Part shown: piece by piece, positions 19,418 to 30,646 of the stretch
Position numbering within the stretch: the first letter of the stretch is position 1
Layout of the letters: each line of letters begins with the position of its first letter
NCBI GenBank assembly: GCA_016217925.1
Contig: JACRFK010000003.1
Location: 143,656-207,655 of the forward strand
Source of the DNA: Candidatus Kaiserbacteria bacterium
GTDB taxonomy: Bacteria > Patescibacteriota > Minisyncoccia > Phycocordibacterales > UBA2100
Length of the DNA: 64,000 nt
Direction: 5' to 3'
Made by a program: the position numbers and the translations under genes
Notes under the pieces: model-generated
Database searches by the model: none
What the model saw: only the letters and a program-made list of their open reading frames with translations
Told to the model about the DNA's origin: nothing

Positions 19418-20875
19418 CTATTGCTTAGGCCGCATAAGCGGGAATATCTGCGCTTCGTGGGCGGGGCGGTTCTCGAGGAACGAAAAGAGGCGCTCGGAGA
19501 CGCCGAAGCCGAAAGCCGGCGGCATGCCGTGTTCCATCGCACGAATGTACTCTTCATCGAGCCGTTGCGCTTCATCATCGCCGGCGTCGCGCAGTGCCTG
19601 CTGCTCTTCGAATCGCGCCCGCTGGTCTAGTGGATCGTTCAATTCGCTGTATCCATTGCCCACTTCACTCCCCGCAATGATTATCTGAACGCGGTCCGCT
19701 TTCTCAGGGTCTTTTACCATCTGTTTTGCAAGTGGCGAAAGATAGACGGGCACGCCTCTCAAAAATGCCGGGCCGGCGATTCCTTTACGTATCTTCTTCC
19801 ACAGATGGTCTATCGCGCGTGCTTTATTGGGTGATTGGCCGAAGGTAACGCCCACGTTCTTCGCGGCCTCTATTGCCTCGTCCTCGGTGCATGAAATGGC
19901 GTCAATACCGAATTCCTTTTGAATCGCGGTACAAAAATCTATCTCCGGCCATTCCTCGGCAAAATCGACAGTGTGCTCGCCTATCTCGAAGGTATAGCGT
20001 CCGTATGTTTCTTTGACGATGTGGCGGTATAACTCCTGTAAAAACTTCATTCCCAATCTCGCATCAGCGAAAGCCTCGTAGCTCTCAAGCTGGGTGTAAT
20101 CTTGCAAATGCTCCCGCGATTGTCCCTCATTGCGGAATACCCGCCCTATTTCGAAGACTTTCGGGAAGCCCGCTATGAGCAATTCCTTTTGCCACAGCTC
20201 CCCTGCGCAAATCCGCATGTACACGTCAATATCGAGTGCGTGGTGGTGGGTTTTGAAGGGCCGAGCATCAGCGCCACCGGGAGTCGTCTCGAGCACGGGT
20301 GTTTCTACTTCGAGGAAGCCCCGCGAAAGATAGAAATCGCGCGCCGACTGCCAGAATTTCGCGCGTCGAATGAACATCTTGCGCACCTCCTCATTGAGCA
20401 ATATATCGAGGTACCGCTGCCGTAAGATGAGCTCTTCATCTTTGAGACCAAAATGCTCTGTAGGTATCGGTAGCAAGGATTTCGCGAGCATTCGCCATTT
20501 CTGCACCTTCAGCGAACGTTCTCCGCGTTTTGTCTTGAACATCGTTCCGGAGGCTTCGATAAAATCACCGGCGTCCACGGTCATCGCGAAGAGGTCGAAT
20601 ACCTTTTCATCAATATCCGCCTTTTGCAGTACGAGCTGCATGCGACCGGTACCATCAAAAATATCGGCGAACATGATGCCGCCCTGTCCTCGCAGTGACA
20701 TAACGCGTCCTCCCAGGTGGACTTTGTGCGTACTTTTTTCTAGCTCGTCAAATTGAGCGATGAGATCGGCGTTGCTTGTGTCGCGGTGTGAATCCGAGGG
20801 GTACGCTTCCATCTCGGCCGCTTTCAGGATGTCGAGTTTTTTCAGCCGCTCGGCACGGATATCTTGCTCGCTCAT
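19418..20875 (-). CDS. lysS: Lysine--tRNA ligase (class II)
   Basis: OB fold, GGADARPF, FRNEG, GMPPAFGFGVSER; start at MSEQDIR. Confidence 0.96.
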   Translation of the reverse strand: MSEQDIRAERLKKLDILKAAEMEAYPSDSHRDTSNADLIAQFDELEKSTHKVHLGGRVMSLRGQGGIMFADIFDGTGRMQLVLQKADIDEKVFDLFAMTVDAGDFIEASGTMFKTKRGERSLKVQKWRMLAKSLLPIPTEHFGLKDEELILRQRYLDILLNEEVRKMFIRRAKFWQSARDFYLSRGFLEVETPVLETTPGGADARPFKTHHHALDIDVYMRICAGELWQKELLIAGFPKVFEIGRVFRNEGQSREHLQDYTQLESYEAFADARLGMKFLQELYRHIVKETYGRYTFEIGEHTVDFAEEWPEIDFCTAIQKEFGIDAISCTEDEAIEAAKNVGVTFGQSPNKARAIDHLWKKIRKGIAGPAFLRGVPVYLSPLAKQMVKDPEKADRVQIIIAGSEVGNGYSELNDPLDQRARFEEQQALRDAGDDEAQRLDEEYIRAMEHGMPPAFGFGVSERLFSFLENRPAHEAQIFPLMRPKQ

Positions 20876-20971
20876 CCCGCTATTTCTATATGAATAAAGG
20901 AGATATGTAAGCAAAGTTCACCGCAGTCCATATTGGTGCAAGCGAGAAGTAATCGTTCTGAAAGGGCGGGA
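20875..20971. mobile_element. Start-codon MITE, copy 1 (lysS)
   Basis: Minus strand TCCCGCCCTTTC...GAAATAGCGGGA; 4-bp TSD (CTCA on + strand at 20871-20874 and 20972-20975). Confidence 0.85.
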
Positions 20972-21018
20972 CTCATGATGTCTTAATACTAGCAAATTTC
21001 CGACACAATGCAGAGCGG

Positions 21019-21222
21019 TCAATTACTGATCTCTACTTGGTGAGTGGGCGCGGTGGCGCGCGTCAGAGTGACGCCGATGCCGAGAGCCGGTAGGAACGCA
21101 AGCAGGACGAGAATGGTGATGAGAATATTCGCGGTCTCATCGGAATCGAGCAGGTACTCCGATATCTGGATCATTTTACTGAGGACCCACGGTTTCGTAT
21201 TGTCAGGTTCAGTCTCTTCCAC
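21019..21222 (-). CDS. Small membrane protein (67 aa)
   Basis: One strong transmembrane segment; fills the intergenic gap. Confidence 0.45.
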   Translation of the reverse strand: MEETEPDNTKPWVLSKMIQISEYLLDSDETANILITILVLLAFLPALGIGVTLTRATAPTHQVEISN

Positions 21223-21270
21223 CGAAAAAGAATACCAAACGCCGCTTCGAATGCACGCTCTTGGTGTTGA

Positions 21271-24200
21271 TTACCGCTTTACGTCGGGCGGCAGAGCGCC
21301 GGGCCATCGGTACACAAGGACGGGAATGAGTATCAGCGTGAGTATCATGGCGAATGAAAGCCCGAAAAGTATCGCCAAAGCGAGCGGTCCGAAAAGCCCT
21401 GATGCGAAGATGAGCGGCACCATGCCTATCACTGTCGTTATCGTCGTGAGGAAAATGGGGCGTAAGCGTGTGGTCGCTGCTTCGGTGAGAATATCGATGA
21501 ATTGCTTCCCTGCTCCCCGTTTCAAACGCTGAATGATGGCGTCCATGAGAATGATGGCATGGTTGATGATGACGCCGGCAAGCGCAATAACGCCCATGAC
21601 CGACGGGAACGAGAGTGGTTGGAGCGTAAGAGCAAGGCCCCCGAAAACACCAATGAGCGAGAGGGGCACAAGGAGTAGAAGGAAGCCGGCAAACCGGAAC
21701 GAATCGAATGCGAGTACCAATATCACGAAGGTAAGTACTATCCCCGCGATGAGCGCGTATCCCATCTCCATGAATGATTTGTTCGTCTCCTCGTTCTCGC
21801 CCCCCACCGACATACGGACACCTTCATCCATATCCGCCTCTGTGAATGCTTTGTTGAAAGCGGCAAGTACTTCGGCGGTACTGTGACCTGGAAGCACGTC
21901 AGAGGTGAGTGTAGCGACGCGTTCCCTATTTTCGTGGGTAATAGATGTGTTGCTTTGTGCGATGGATTCAGAGACGAGCGAGCCCAAGAGGACCGTCCGC
22001 CCCGTGGACGTGATAAGCGGTACCTGACGCAGACTGCTGAGCGAGGTGTAGGACGATTCGTGCGGGTCGGTCGTATTGGGATTGAGATTGAGGGAAACCA
22101 CGATGTCCACGTTCTTCTCTCCTCCCGTGAGAGAGGTGGCGGTCACACCGGAAACCGCCGTGCGTAAGGTAGAGGCGATCGCCGCGGGGGAGAGTCCGAC
22201 GAAAGCAAGTTTGCCGCGGTCGATGGAAAGGACGAATTGTGTACTGTCGTATTTGTTCGATGAATTCACCGCGGTCACACCCGGTGTTTGCTCCAATACT
22301 TTGCGCGCCTTTACGAGTGTGTTGTTGAGCGCGGTACGGTCTTTGCCGAGGAATTTGATGAGGACCGCGGCGCCGACCGGTGGCCCGCCCGAGGGTTCGC
22401 CCGCGCGGATCTCTGCGATGTGGATGTCCGCGAGCGTACTTTTTACGTCGGCGAGTATTTCGGTCGAGGTCTGTGCGCGGTCTTTGACGAGATTGATGGT
22501 GATATTTGCGAACCGCGAGTCCGCCGACACGAACCCGTCCGAACTGGAGAACGGGCTGAGTGTGCCGACCGTTGTGATGAGCGAGGAAAAACGCGGATCA
22601 TCGAATAGCTTGTCTTCCACGGCGCGTGCGGCCAAGTCCGTACGACTGAGGTCGGTCCCCTGTGGCATTTCCATGTCTACGTACAAGAATTCGCCGTCGG
22701 CTTGCGGAAAGAAAGATACGCCCAAGATACCGACTACGGGGAGCGCAAGCGCTACGATGAATCCGGCGAGCATGACCGCAAGAAAGCGGTTTTGCCCGCG
22801 GCGATCTTGGAGGAATGCCTTGAGATGGCTTGCGTACCACTCCCGCGCACGCTGCGCGTATTCTTCTTGGCGCTTCATAAGCGCGGATTCTTCCTTGGCC
22901 GCCATCATATTCGCAATCGTCGGCACGAGGCCTAGCGCAACGAAGATCGATGCGAGCAAGACGAATACGAGCGTGAACGGGATCGAAGCGATGAATTTGC
23001 CGACGATGCCGGAAATGAAGAAGAGCGGTACAAAGAACGCGACCGTTGCGATGGTACCGCCCATAAGCGGCCAGGCGTACTCGCGAAGAGCTTCGAGCGC
23101 GGCACGCCGCTTGTCGCCATAGATGCGCGTGCGTGTATGAATAGCTTCAACGATGACAATGCCTGAGTCGACAAGAATGCCGATAGCGAGGATGAGCGAG
23201 AAGAGCGAAACGATGTTGAGCGTGTTGCCGCTGTAGAGCAATCCGATGAACGCCATGAGGAAAGAGAGCGGAATGGAAAGGCCCGCGACGACCGCCTCGC
23301 GCCATCCTATTGTGATGAAAAGCGCAAGCATGACGAGGGCCACGGTCTCAAGGCCCGTTTGCGTTAGTTCTGAAAGATTCTTTTGCACTTCATCGCCCGC
23401 GTCGTATGAAACGACGACGTCGCTTCCTTGCAGTATCCCCTTTTGGAGGTCCGCGAGCTTACCTTTCACTGCCTTCGTAACAGTGGTGATGTCATACCCG
23501 CGCACCTTCAATACGCCCAAAGTCATGGCTTGTCTTGCGGGTGCGCTGCCCACGGAAATACGTGAATACGATGTGGCCTTCTGTACCCCGTCCGAGACAT
23601 TTGCAATATCTCGCATATAGATCACTTGCCCTCCGACATTGAGAATGGCGACGCTTCCGATATCCTCGACCGTGTCGAGGCTTCCCCTGAACGCGACGGC
23701 GTAAGAAATGTCGTCGACCGTGATCGAGCCTACGGGCAGCGAGGCGTTCGCAGCGGCAATGGCTCCCACTACTTGAGGGAGTGAGATGCCGAGGCGAGCG
23801 ATCTCTTCTTTACGCACAACGACTTGTATCTCGCGATCGCGTACGCCCGAGACCTCTACACGCGATACGCCCTTCACGGTCTGGATTTCGCGCTTCACTT
23901 CTTCTGCAAGCGCCGCAAATTGAGCCGGCGGGAGGTCGGCGCTTACCGATATGAGCTGTATTGGCTGGTCGACGAAATTTACTTCGGTCACTACCGGGGT
24001 CTTTGCTTCAGCCGGTAGGTCAGCCACCGCTTTGTCCACCTCGTCCTTCAGTTTTTGTATGGACCGCTGTATATCGGCTGAGGCGTTGAATTCTGCCACG
24101 ACGACTGAGATGCTTTCCCGAGACGACGAGGTGAGCTTATGCAAGTCTGGAAGATTCGCGAGATGCTCTTCTATTTTGTTGGTAACGAGCCGTTCGACAT

Positions 24201-24375
24201 CTTCCGGCGACGCTCCTGGAAGGACCACTGTGACACCGCCTACTGGTATCTGTACCTCAGGTGTTGATTCCCTTGTCATCGAAAGCATCGCCGCACCGCC
24301 AACGATAACGAGCCCTGTTATGACGAGAAGGGTGAATTGCCGCTTTTCTATAAAAAACCTCCAGAGCGGTACCAT
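21271..24375 (-). CDS. RND efflux permease (AcrB family)
   Basis: 1034 aa, PGASPEDVE, GILVDSGIV, RLRPIFLTT. Confidence 0.95.
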   Translation of the reverse strand: MVPLWRFFIEKRQFTLLVITGLVIVGGAAMLSMTRESTPEVQIPVGGVTVVLPGASPEDVERLVTNKIEEHLANLPDLHKLTSSSRESISVVVAEFNASADIQRSIQKLKDEVDKAVADLPAEAKTPVVTEVNFVDQPIQLISVSADLPPAQFAALAEEVKREIQTVKGVSRVEVSGVRDREIQVVVRKEEIARLGISLPQVVGAIAAANASLPVGSITVDDISYAVAFRGSLDTVEDIGSVAILNVGGQVIYMRDIANVSDGVQKATSYSRISVGSAPARQAMTLGVLKVRGYDITTVTKAVKGKLADLQKGILQGSDVVVSYDAGDEVQKNLSELTQTGLETVALVMLALFITIGWREAVVAGLSIPLSFLMAFIGLLYSGNTLNIVSLFSLILAIGILVDSGIVIVEAIHTRTRIYGDKRRAALEALREYAWPLMGGTIATVAFFVPLFFISGIVGKFIASIPFTLVFVLLASIFVALGLVPTIANMMAAKEESALMKRQEEYAQRAREWYASHLKAFLQDRRGQNRFLAVMLAGFIVALALPVVGILGVSFFPQADGEFLYVDMEMPQGTDLSRTDLAARAVEDKLFDDPRFSSLITTVGTLSPFSSSDGFVSADSRFANITINLVKDRAQTSTEILADVKSTLADIHIAEIRAGEPSGGPPVGAAVLIKFLGKDRTALNNTLVKARKVLEQTPGVTAVNSSNKYDSTQFVLSIDRGKLAFVGLSPAAIASTLRTAVSGVTATSLTGGEKNVDIVVSLNLNPNTTDPHESSYTSLSSLRQVPLITSTGRTVLLGSLVSESIAQSNTSITHENRERVATLTSDVLPGHSTAEVLAAFNKAFTEADMDEGVRMSVGGENEETNKSFMEMGYALIAGIVLTFVILVLAFDSFRFAGFLLLLVPLSLIGVFGGLALTLQPLSFPSVMGVIALAGVIINHAIILMDAIIQRLKRGAGKQFIDILTEAATTRLRPIFLTTITTVIGMVPLIFASGLFGPLALAILFGLSFAMILTLILIPVLVYRWPGALPPDVKR

Positions 24376-24378
24376 GAG

Positions 24379-26061
24379 CTATGTTCCTCCCGAAGAGGAG
24401 CCGCCTTCGGCGGAGACTTCCACGTTTTCCCCCTCGCGCAAACCTCGCGCGTCGACGACGATACGCATATCAGGAGTAAGCCCGCCGGAGATGACGACGC
24501 GCTCGCCAAGCAGTGCTCCGAGCTTGACCTCATGTGCCGTAAGGACGCCGTTATCAAGAGTGAAAACGACGGAGCGTTCTGATTCGACCTTAACGGCTGA
24601 TATCGGTATCGTGATCCGAGCCGTGGTAGGTGAAGTACCCACCGAGGCACGAGCTATCGTCACCAGCACCGACTGCCCGTTGGTGAGGTCGCGAGCATTG
24701 CTAACGCTTATGCGTACCTCTATTTTTTTCGTGAGAGGATCCAGCGCAGGTGCTAGGCGCGTAACCACTCCCGTGGCCCCATCCATCGTTACCCTTTGCC
24801 CGACCGTTATGTCACGGGCGTCATTTTCTGTGACGTACGCCAGCACTTCCAATGAACCGTTGTTCGCGACCGTGAGAACGGGCGTGGTCATTTGTACATA
24901 ATCACCGCGCTTGAGAGAAAACGAGTTGATCGTCCCCGATATCGGTGCGCGTATGATGGATTTCTCAAGGTTCGCTCGTGCGGCAGCAAGGCCTCCTTGG
25001 GTTTGTTTTAGAGCGGCCCGCGCACTCGCCACATCTTCAGCCTGACCTCCGCTTATACCTTGTTCGAGATTCTTTCGTGCCACGCTGAGGGCGGCTTCCG
25101 CGGAAACAAGACCCTGCGCGGTAACTGAAAGACTCGAAAGCGTCGTCGTGAGGCTCGACCGGGCGGCAGTTGTCTCGGCGAGATATGTTGCGAGCAGAGT
25201 CGTGGAAATGGATGGCGTCGGGATCCCTTTGTTGAGCGCGTCCACGACGACATCGAGGAAATTGCGGACTTCGCGAACTTCCGATTGCGTAGTCGTGACC
25301 TCTTGCGCAAGATCGGAGTGTATTGATAGGACACTCGAGATAGACGACTCTCGCGCCAGATATTGTGTTATGGCGTCGCGCATGCGTTCTGCTTTGGTCG
25401 TCAAGCTCGAATCGGTAGACACTATGTTGAATACGGCTCCATTAAATCCTGGATTGGTGAACATCTTGTCGGTCGTGCCGCGTACAGCACTGTTTATGCT
25501 TGCGTGAGCCGAGAGGATAGCCGACACCGCTCCTGCACGTGCAGCAGTGAGTGCGGCATCTGCGTTGACAACGTTCGCTTCGAGGATCGCGCGTTGTTCC
25601 GGACGCACTCCCCCTTGAACCTTCCCAAGGTTCGCTTCTGCTCCCTCCACCAAGCCGACCGCAGAAAGTACGGCAGCACGTTCGGATGCGTTCTCAATTT
25701 CCGCCACGATAGTCCCCGCAGTAACGGTGTCCCCGAGTGTACCGGAAACCCGAACTACCTGACCGGATTTCTCTGCACGCACGGTCGCTTCTGATACCGA
25801 ACTTACCTGACCGATTATAGAAAGGGGTGACGTGTCTGCAGATAGTTCAGCGACGGTCTTCACGGTGACGACTTTCAGAGAGGTGGCCGGTAGCTCATCA
25901 ACACGTGTTCGTTGTAATAGCACAAGTGTTACAACGGCTCCTATAATAACGACCGCCGCCAAAGCGCCTTTTTTCCACCCGATTTTAGCGAGCCAGCTAT
26001 CAGCCCGCAAACTTGAGCGGATGAATAAAACGGCTCTAATTATGAGCATTTCCGGATGCAT
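24379..26061 (-). CDS. RND membrane-fusion protein with long coiled coil
   Basis: Lipoyl-like halves, IRAPISG, adjacent to the RND gene; TTGACA-17-TAGGGT upstream. Confidence 0.88.
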   Translation of the reverse strand: MHPEMLIIRAVLFIRSSLRADSWLAKIGWKKGALAAVVIIGAVVTLVLLQRTRVDELPATSLKVVTVKTVAELSADTSPLSIIGQVSSVSEATVRAEKSGQVVRVSGTLGDTVTAGTIVAEIENASERAAVLSAVGLVEGAEANLGKVQGGVRPEQRAILEANVVNADAALTAARAGAVSAILSAHASINSAVRGTTDKMFTNPGFNGAVFNIVSTDSSLTTKAERMRDAITQYLARESSISSVLSIHSDLAQEVTTTQSEVREVRNFLDVVVDALNKGIPTPSISTTLLATYLAETTAARSSLTTTLSSLSVTAQGLVSAEAALSVARKNLEQGISGGQAEDVASARAALKQTQGGLAAARANLEKSIIRAPISGTINSFSLKRGDYVQMTTPVLTVANNGSLEVLAYVTENDARDITVGQRVTMDGATGVVTRLAPALDPLTKKIEVRISVSNARDLTNGQSVLVTIARASVGTSPTTARITIPISAVKVESERSVVFTLDNGVLTAHEVKLGALLGERVVISGGLTPDMRIVVDARGLREGENVEVSAEGGSSSGGT

Positions 26062-26130
26062 AAGAGAGCGCACCCTACACTATTTGCATGCCTATGTCAA
26101 TTCTTTTTGGGTTTATAGAAAAGTAAATCA

Positions 26131-26157
26131 CACCCGCGCGGTTGCCCGCGCGGGTGC
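26131..26157 (-). terminator. Terminator hairpin after ilvD
   Basis: CACCCGCGCGG/CCGCGCGGGTG. Confidence 0.65.
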
Positions 26158-26182
26158 ATGAGTAGAAGCCGACTGCCGGCTT

Positions 26183-27865
26183 TCAGAATTTGTCGGTAAC
26201 GGCGCCGTATTTCGCCGCCGAGACCAACGCCGCATATTTCGCCAGAACGCCACGCGTGACACGCGGTTCCGGCGCTTGCCACGCCGCCTTACGCCTCGCC
26301 ATTTCCTCGTCGGTGATGTTGAGGTTGACGATGCGTTTTGAGGCACTAATCGTGATCATGTCGCCCTCTTGCACGAGGGCAATAGGGCCGCCGAGAACCG
26401 CCTCGGGACCCACATGACCGACGACCAGACCGTGCGTCCCGCCGGAGAAACGTCCGTCGGTGATGAGCGCGACCGAATCGCCGAGACCCTGACCCATTAT
26501 GTTCGCGGTCGGAGTCAGCATTTCGGGCATGCCCGGTGCGCCTTTAGGTCCTTCGTTGCGGATTACGATGACGTCGTTCCGAACGATTTTACGGGCCATG
26601 AGCGCATCGAAGCAGGCCTGTTCCGAGTCGAAAACACGGGCGGGACCCGTGATTTCGGTCGACTTCAGACCCGTCACCTTGGCGACGCAGCCATCGGGAG
26701 CGAGATTGCCGTAGAGGATCGTGATGTGACCTTGTGGGAACATCGGCTTGTCCCACGGCAGGATGACATCCTGATCCGCCGATGGCTCTTCGGGAACGCC
26801 CTCGAGCATTTCGGTGATGGTCTTGCCGTGGATAGTCATGCAGTCGCCGTGCAGCCGACCATGGCTGAGCAGCATCTTCATGACCAGTTGGACCCCACCC
26901 GCGCGGTGGAAGTCCGTCGCGACGTATTTGCCGAACGGTTTTAGGTTGCAGAGGACCGGGGTACGGTCCGCCACTGCCTGAAGGTCGTCCTGCGTGAGTG
27001 GAATGCCGGCTGAATGTGCGATGGCCAGCAGATGCAAGACAGCATTGGTCGAGCCGCCGCACGCGATGACGATCGCATATGCATTCTCGAGCGATTTACG
27101 CGTAATGATGTCGCTCGGTCGGATGTCGAAACGGACGGCGTTCATCATAACGTCGGCCGCGATTTTCAGGGATGCGGATTTCTCCGGGTCGGTGCAAGCG
27201 AACTGGCTTGAGCCGAACGGGCTCACGCCCATCCCTTCGAAGCACCAGGCCATCGTGTTAGCGGTATATGCGGCACCGCACGCGCCCGCATCGGGACACG
27301 CATGCATCTCGATACCAAGCGCATCTTCGGCACTCATCTTGCCGGCGACACGCGCGCCGGAGGCCTCGAACGCCGAAACGACGGTAAGGTCTTGCCCTTT
27401 CCAGCAACCGGCATGAATGGTGCCGGCGTAGATGAACATTCCGGGCCGATTCATGCGCGCGAGCGCAATCATGGCACCCGGCATGTTCTTGTCGCAAGCG
27501 CCAAACGCGATGACGCCGTGATAGTTGTGACCCTCGACGACGTTCTGAATAGAGTCGGCGTGGGTCTCACGGCAGACGAGTGAATGGCGCATAGCGGGCG
27601 TGCCCATGGCCACACCGTCGGTCACCGTCGGTACGCCGAAGGTGAACGGCACGCCGCCGCGTTCACGAAGCAACGTCATCATTTGGTCGACTTGCGGCCT
27701 GATGCCCATGTTGCATGTGCTGACGGTGGCATGCGAGTCGGCAATGCCGATGAAGGCTTTTCCGAAGTCTTCGGTCTCGAGTCCTGTACCGCGAAGCATT
27801 GCGCGATTCGCGATATAGCCGTCCCCTTCAAACCAGGGGAAGTGGGTGATTGGCTCTTTCCTCAA
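26183..27865 (-). CDS. ilvD: Dihydroxy-acid dehydratase
   Basis: [40 protein letters not shown]; TTG start; TTGACA-17-TAGGAT upstream. Confidence 0.95.
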   Translation of the reverse strand: MRKEPITHFPWFEGDGYIANRAMLRGTGLETEDFGKAFIGIADSHATVSTCNMGIRPQVDQMMTLLRERGGVPFTFGVPTVTDGVAMGTPAMRHSLVCRETHADSIQNVVEGHNYHGVIAFGACDKNMPGAMIALARMNRPGMFIYAGTIHAGCWKGQDLTVVSAFEASGARVAGKMSAEDALGIEMHACPDAGACGAAYTANTMAWCFEGMGVSPFGSSQFACTDPEKSASLKIAADVMMNAVRFDIRPSDIITRKSLENAYAIVIACGGSTNAVLHLLAIAHSAGIPLTQDDLQAVADRTPVLCNLKPFGKYVATDFHRAGGVQLVMKMLLSHGRLHGDCMTIHGKTITEMLEGVPEEPSADQDVILPWDKPMFPQGHITILYGNLAPDGCVAKVTGLKSTEITGPARVFDSEQACFDALMARKIVRNDVIVIRNEGPKGAPGMPEMLTPTANIMGQGLGDSVALITDGRFSGGTHGLVVGHVGPEAVLGGPIALVQEGDMITISASKRIVNLNITDEEMARRKAAWQAPEPRVTRGVLAKYAALVSAAKYGAVTDKF

Positions 27866-27991
27866 TTGGCTCTCCCATCCTTTGGTAGTGTTTCAAACAG
27901 CAGAAATCCCCAGAACCGGATGTCCCAGGGCGGCGAAAATCCTACGTAAAACAGGGCTGCTTGTCAACTTCGCTCTCAAGGGGAAGCCTCT

Positions 27992-28750
27992 CTATGCGTG
28001 CGGGAGGAACGTCACAAAAATAGCCATCAGCATGACCCCCACCGCGAAGAACAACGCGTGTTTTCCGTAGTGCCCGCGCTCGCGAGCTGAGTCTATGGAG
28101 TGCGGAATGAGGTCGTGAAATACGACGATGAGGTACGATCCCGCGGCAAGGCCGAGGAGCGGCACCTCGAATGCGGAAAACTGTTCCAGGAGAAAGTACC
28201 CGCCTATCGAGCCGATAAGGATGGTGGAAGATACGGCGAAATTGTATACAAGCGCGGCACGCACCGAAAGCCCGGCTCCCCGCAAGACGAAAAACTCGGA
28301 TATTTCCTGCAATACCTCGTGTACGAGGATGCTCACCGTGCTCGCAACACCGAGGATGGGAGACGCGGCGAATGCGGCGACGATAACGACACCGTCTCCG
28401 ATGTTGTGTATTCCGTCGCTTATAAGAATGCGGTTCGCATCGATCCTCGAGTGTGTGTGACCCGCATCCGTCGCATCGTGGTGGTGGTGAAAATGCGGAA
28501 GATAGCGGAACGCAACAAGCACGAGCGCGGCACCCGCGGCAATCCACGGCAGCCCTCCTCTAAGCGACCCCGCGTGTTCGACGATTTCCAACGAAACACT
28601 GTAGATGACAACCAGGAGTGCGCCCGCGGCGAAGCTGATGAAAAAGTGCAGGTGGCGCTCGACGAACGACCCCGCCTGCCGCCATACGACAAGCTTGCCC
28701 GAGAGTGAGGCAAGCATGACGAGAAAGGATGCAGCCAGTACCTCAAGCAT
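27992..28750 (-). CDS. ZIP-family metal transporter
   Basis: HFHHHH loop, DGIHN, HEVLQE motifs. Confidence 0.9.
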   Translation of the reverse strand: MLEVLAASFLVMLASLSGKLVVWRQAGSFVERHLHFFISFAAGALLVVIYSVSLEIVEHAGSLRGGLPWIAAGAALVLVAFRYLPHFHHHHDATDAGHTHSRIDANRILISDGIHNIGDGVVIVAAFAASPILGVASTVSILVHEVLQEISEFFVLRGAGLSVRAALVYNFAVSSTILIGSIGGYFLLEQFSAFEVPLLGLAAGSYLIVVFHDLIPHSIDSARERGHYGKHALFFAVGVMLMAIFVTFLPHA

Positions 28751-28811
28751 GGCGGAGAGAGCGCATACACCTGCGTACCAAAAAACTCATGTTTCCAGTA
28801 TACTATGCGGT

Positions 28812-29174
28812 ATGTCCTTCAGGAAAAAGGTGCAGAACATACGACCATCTGTGCGGGCTATCCTCATTTTATGGCGGGAGGAATTCAGTTTCCGGATACT
28901 CACGTTGTGCGCGATAGCGACTCTTATACTCTCGTTCTTATTGCAAATTTCACGCGGCGATTTTCTTATTGTGGTTCTTACTATCGGCGCAATGCTCGCA
29001 ATCGAAGCTCTCAATACCGCAATCGAGGAAATATGCGACCATGTGACGCCTGAACAACACGCGCAGATAGGCAAGATAAAGGACATCGGCTCGGGGGCTG
29101 CATTCTTGATGTGGTGCGCCGCGCTTGTCGTCGGTCTTATTATTTTCGCACCATACATTCTCCGCCTCGTATGA
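28812..29174 (+). CDS. dgkA: Diacylglycerol/undecaprenol kinase
   Basis: EALNTAIEEICD...KIKDIGSGA. Confidence 0.88.
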   Translation: MSFRKKVQNIRPSVRAILILWREEFSFRILTLCAIATLILSFLLQISRGDFLIVVLTIGAMLAIEALNTAIEEICDHVTPEQHAQIGKIKDIGSGAAFLMWCAALVVGLIIFAPYILRLV

Positions 29175-29722
29175 TCCCATTCATAAGCGGGCTCGATGCA
29201 AGTGTCTTGCAGTACCTTTACACAGAGCGAGGCATCGCGACCTCGCTCTCTTTTATCGGCATCACAGAGCTCGGCAGCACTGTTTTTGTCTGCGGACTTA
29301 CGCTCTGCATTGGGATCTTTCTTGTGTTCCGGCGTCAAATCCCCTACGCCGCCGGTCTTGCCATTTCCGTCTTCGGTGGAGAAGCGGCGGCGCTGCTTAT
29401 TAAGGACTTCTTACATCGCGCGCGGCCGGAGAAAATATACCAGGCGTACGCCGAGACGGGATTTTCGTTTCCGAGCGGGCACGCTACCCTCGCTGCGGCT
29501 TTTTACGGCTTTCTCATGTTCTTGCTGTGGCGCATGATGCCCGCGGGGTACTTGCGCACGGCGGCCATCTTGGCGCTTACCCTGCTTATAGGCCTCATCG
29601 CCTTTAGCCGTCTTTACCTCGGCGTACATTACCTGAGCGATGTCCTCGGTGGACTTCTGCTCGGCGCGGCATTCGCCTACCTCGGAACGGCATTGGTGAG
29701 AAAAATCGAGCGGCGCGGTTAG
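29171..29722 (+). CDS. PAP2-family phosphatase
   Basis: K...RARP, SFPSGHA, SRLYLGVHYLSD. Confidence 0.9.
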   Translation: MIPFISGLDASVLQYLYTERGIATSLSFIGITELGSTVFVCGLTLCIGIFLVFRRQIPYAAGLAISVFGGEAAALLIKDFLHRARPEKIYQAYAETGFSFPSGHATLAAAFYGFLMFLLWRMMPAGYLRTAAILALTLLIGLIAFSRLYLGVHYLSDVLGGLLLGAAFAYLGTALVRKIERRG

Positions 29723-30630
29723 CTCTTCTTCCCGCCCAGCAACGTTTTGAGAAGCGCCATGCGGACGATGAGCCCGTAGCCGACCTGTTTGAAATACACG
29801 GCGTGCGGCGATGTATCCACGTCGTCGGTAATCTCGCCGATGCGCGGCAGCGGATGAATGATGATGGCGCCGTCTTTCATGGAATCAGCCACTTCGCGGT
29901 CGATCACGTAGCGTCCGCGCTGTTTCTCGTATTCCTCGTCGTTCTTTATCCACTCCTTGGCGATGCGAGTCTGGTAGATGACATCGGCGCTTTGGAGGAC
30001 GGTGTTCATATCCTGCGTTTCGGTCCACTTCACCCTGTGTCGTTTCAAATAGGCCTTTACGTCGTCGGCCATCGCGAGCTCCGGCGAAGAAACGAACGTA
30101 ATGCTCATGTCTTTGTATTTGCCCAAAATATACGAAAGTGAGCGCGCGGCGCGGTAGTAGCGCAAATTACCCACGATGGCCACATGGATGCCGTCCTCCC
30201 GCCCGAGCTCGCGCTGAATGGTGTAGAGGTCCAAGAGCGCCTGTGTGGGATGCTGGCCCATGTTGCCGTCGCCTGCGTTTACGATGGGCACGGAAGAGAC
30301 CGCGGCTGCGCGCGCTGCCGAACCGGTCTCCTGATGGCGCATTGCAATGGCGTCGGCATACTGGCTTATGACCTTGATGGAGTCCTCAAGCGTCTCGCCC
30401 TTCGCCTGTGAGGACGTGCCGCCGCTTTCCATCGTGATGACGGAGCCGCCGAGGCGCAGCATGGCGGAAGAAAAGGAGAGACGCGTGCGTGTGGAAGGCT
30501 CATAAAAAAGAGCGGCAAGTATTTTGCCTTTTAGTGATTCATCGCGCTGACCTTCATACGAACTCGCGAGTTTAAAAAGTTTCTGAATGGAAGCCCGGTC
30601 GAACTGTTGTATCTCTACAAGATGTTTCAT
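29719..30630 (-). CDS. pyrB: Aspartate carbamoyltransferase
   Basis: FYEPSTRT, HPTQ, HPLPR. Confidence 0.95.
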   Translation of the reverse strand: MKHLVEIQQFDRASIQKLFKLASSYEGQRDESLKGKILAALFYEPSTRTRLSFSSAMLRLGGSVITMESGGTSSQAKGETLEDSIKVISQYADAIAMRHQETGSAARAAAVSSVPIVNAGDGNMGQHPTQALLDLYTIQRELGREDGIHVAIVGNLRYYRAARSLSYILGKYKDMSITFVSSPELAMADDVKAYLKRHRVKWTETQDMNTVLQSADVIYQTRIAKEWIKNDEEYEKQRGRYVIDREVADSMKDGAIIIHPLPRIGEITDDVDTSPHAVYFKQVGYGLIVRMALLKTLLGGKKS

Positions 30631-30646
30631 TGTCTAGAATACTACG

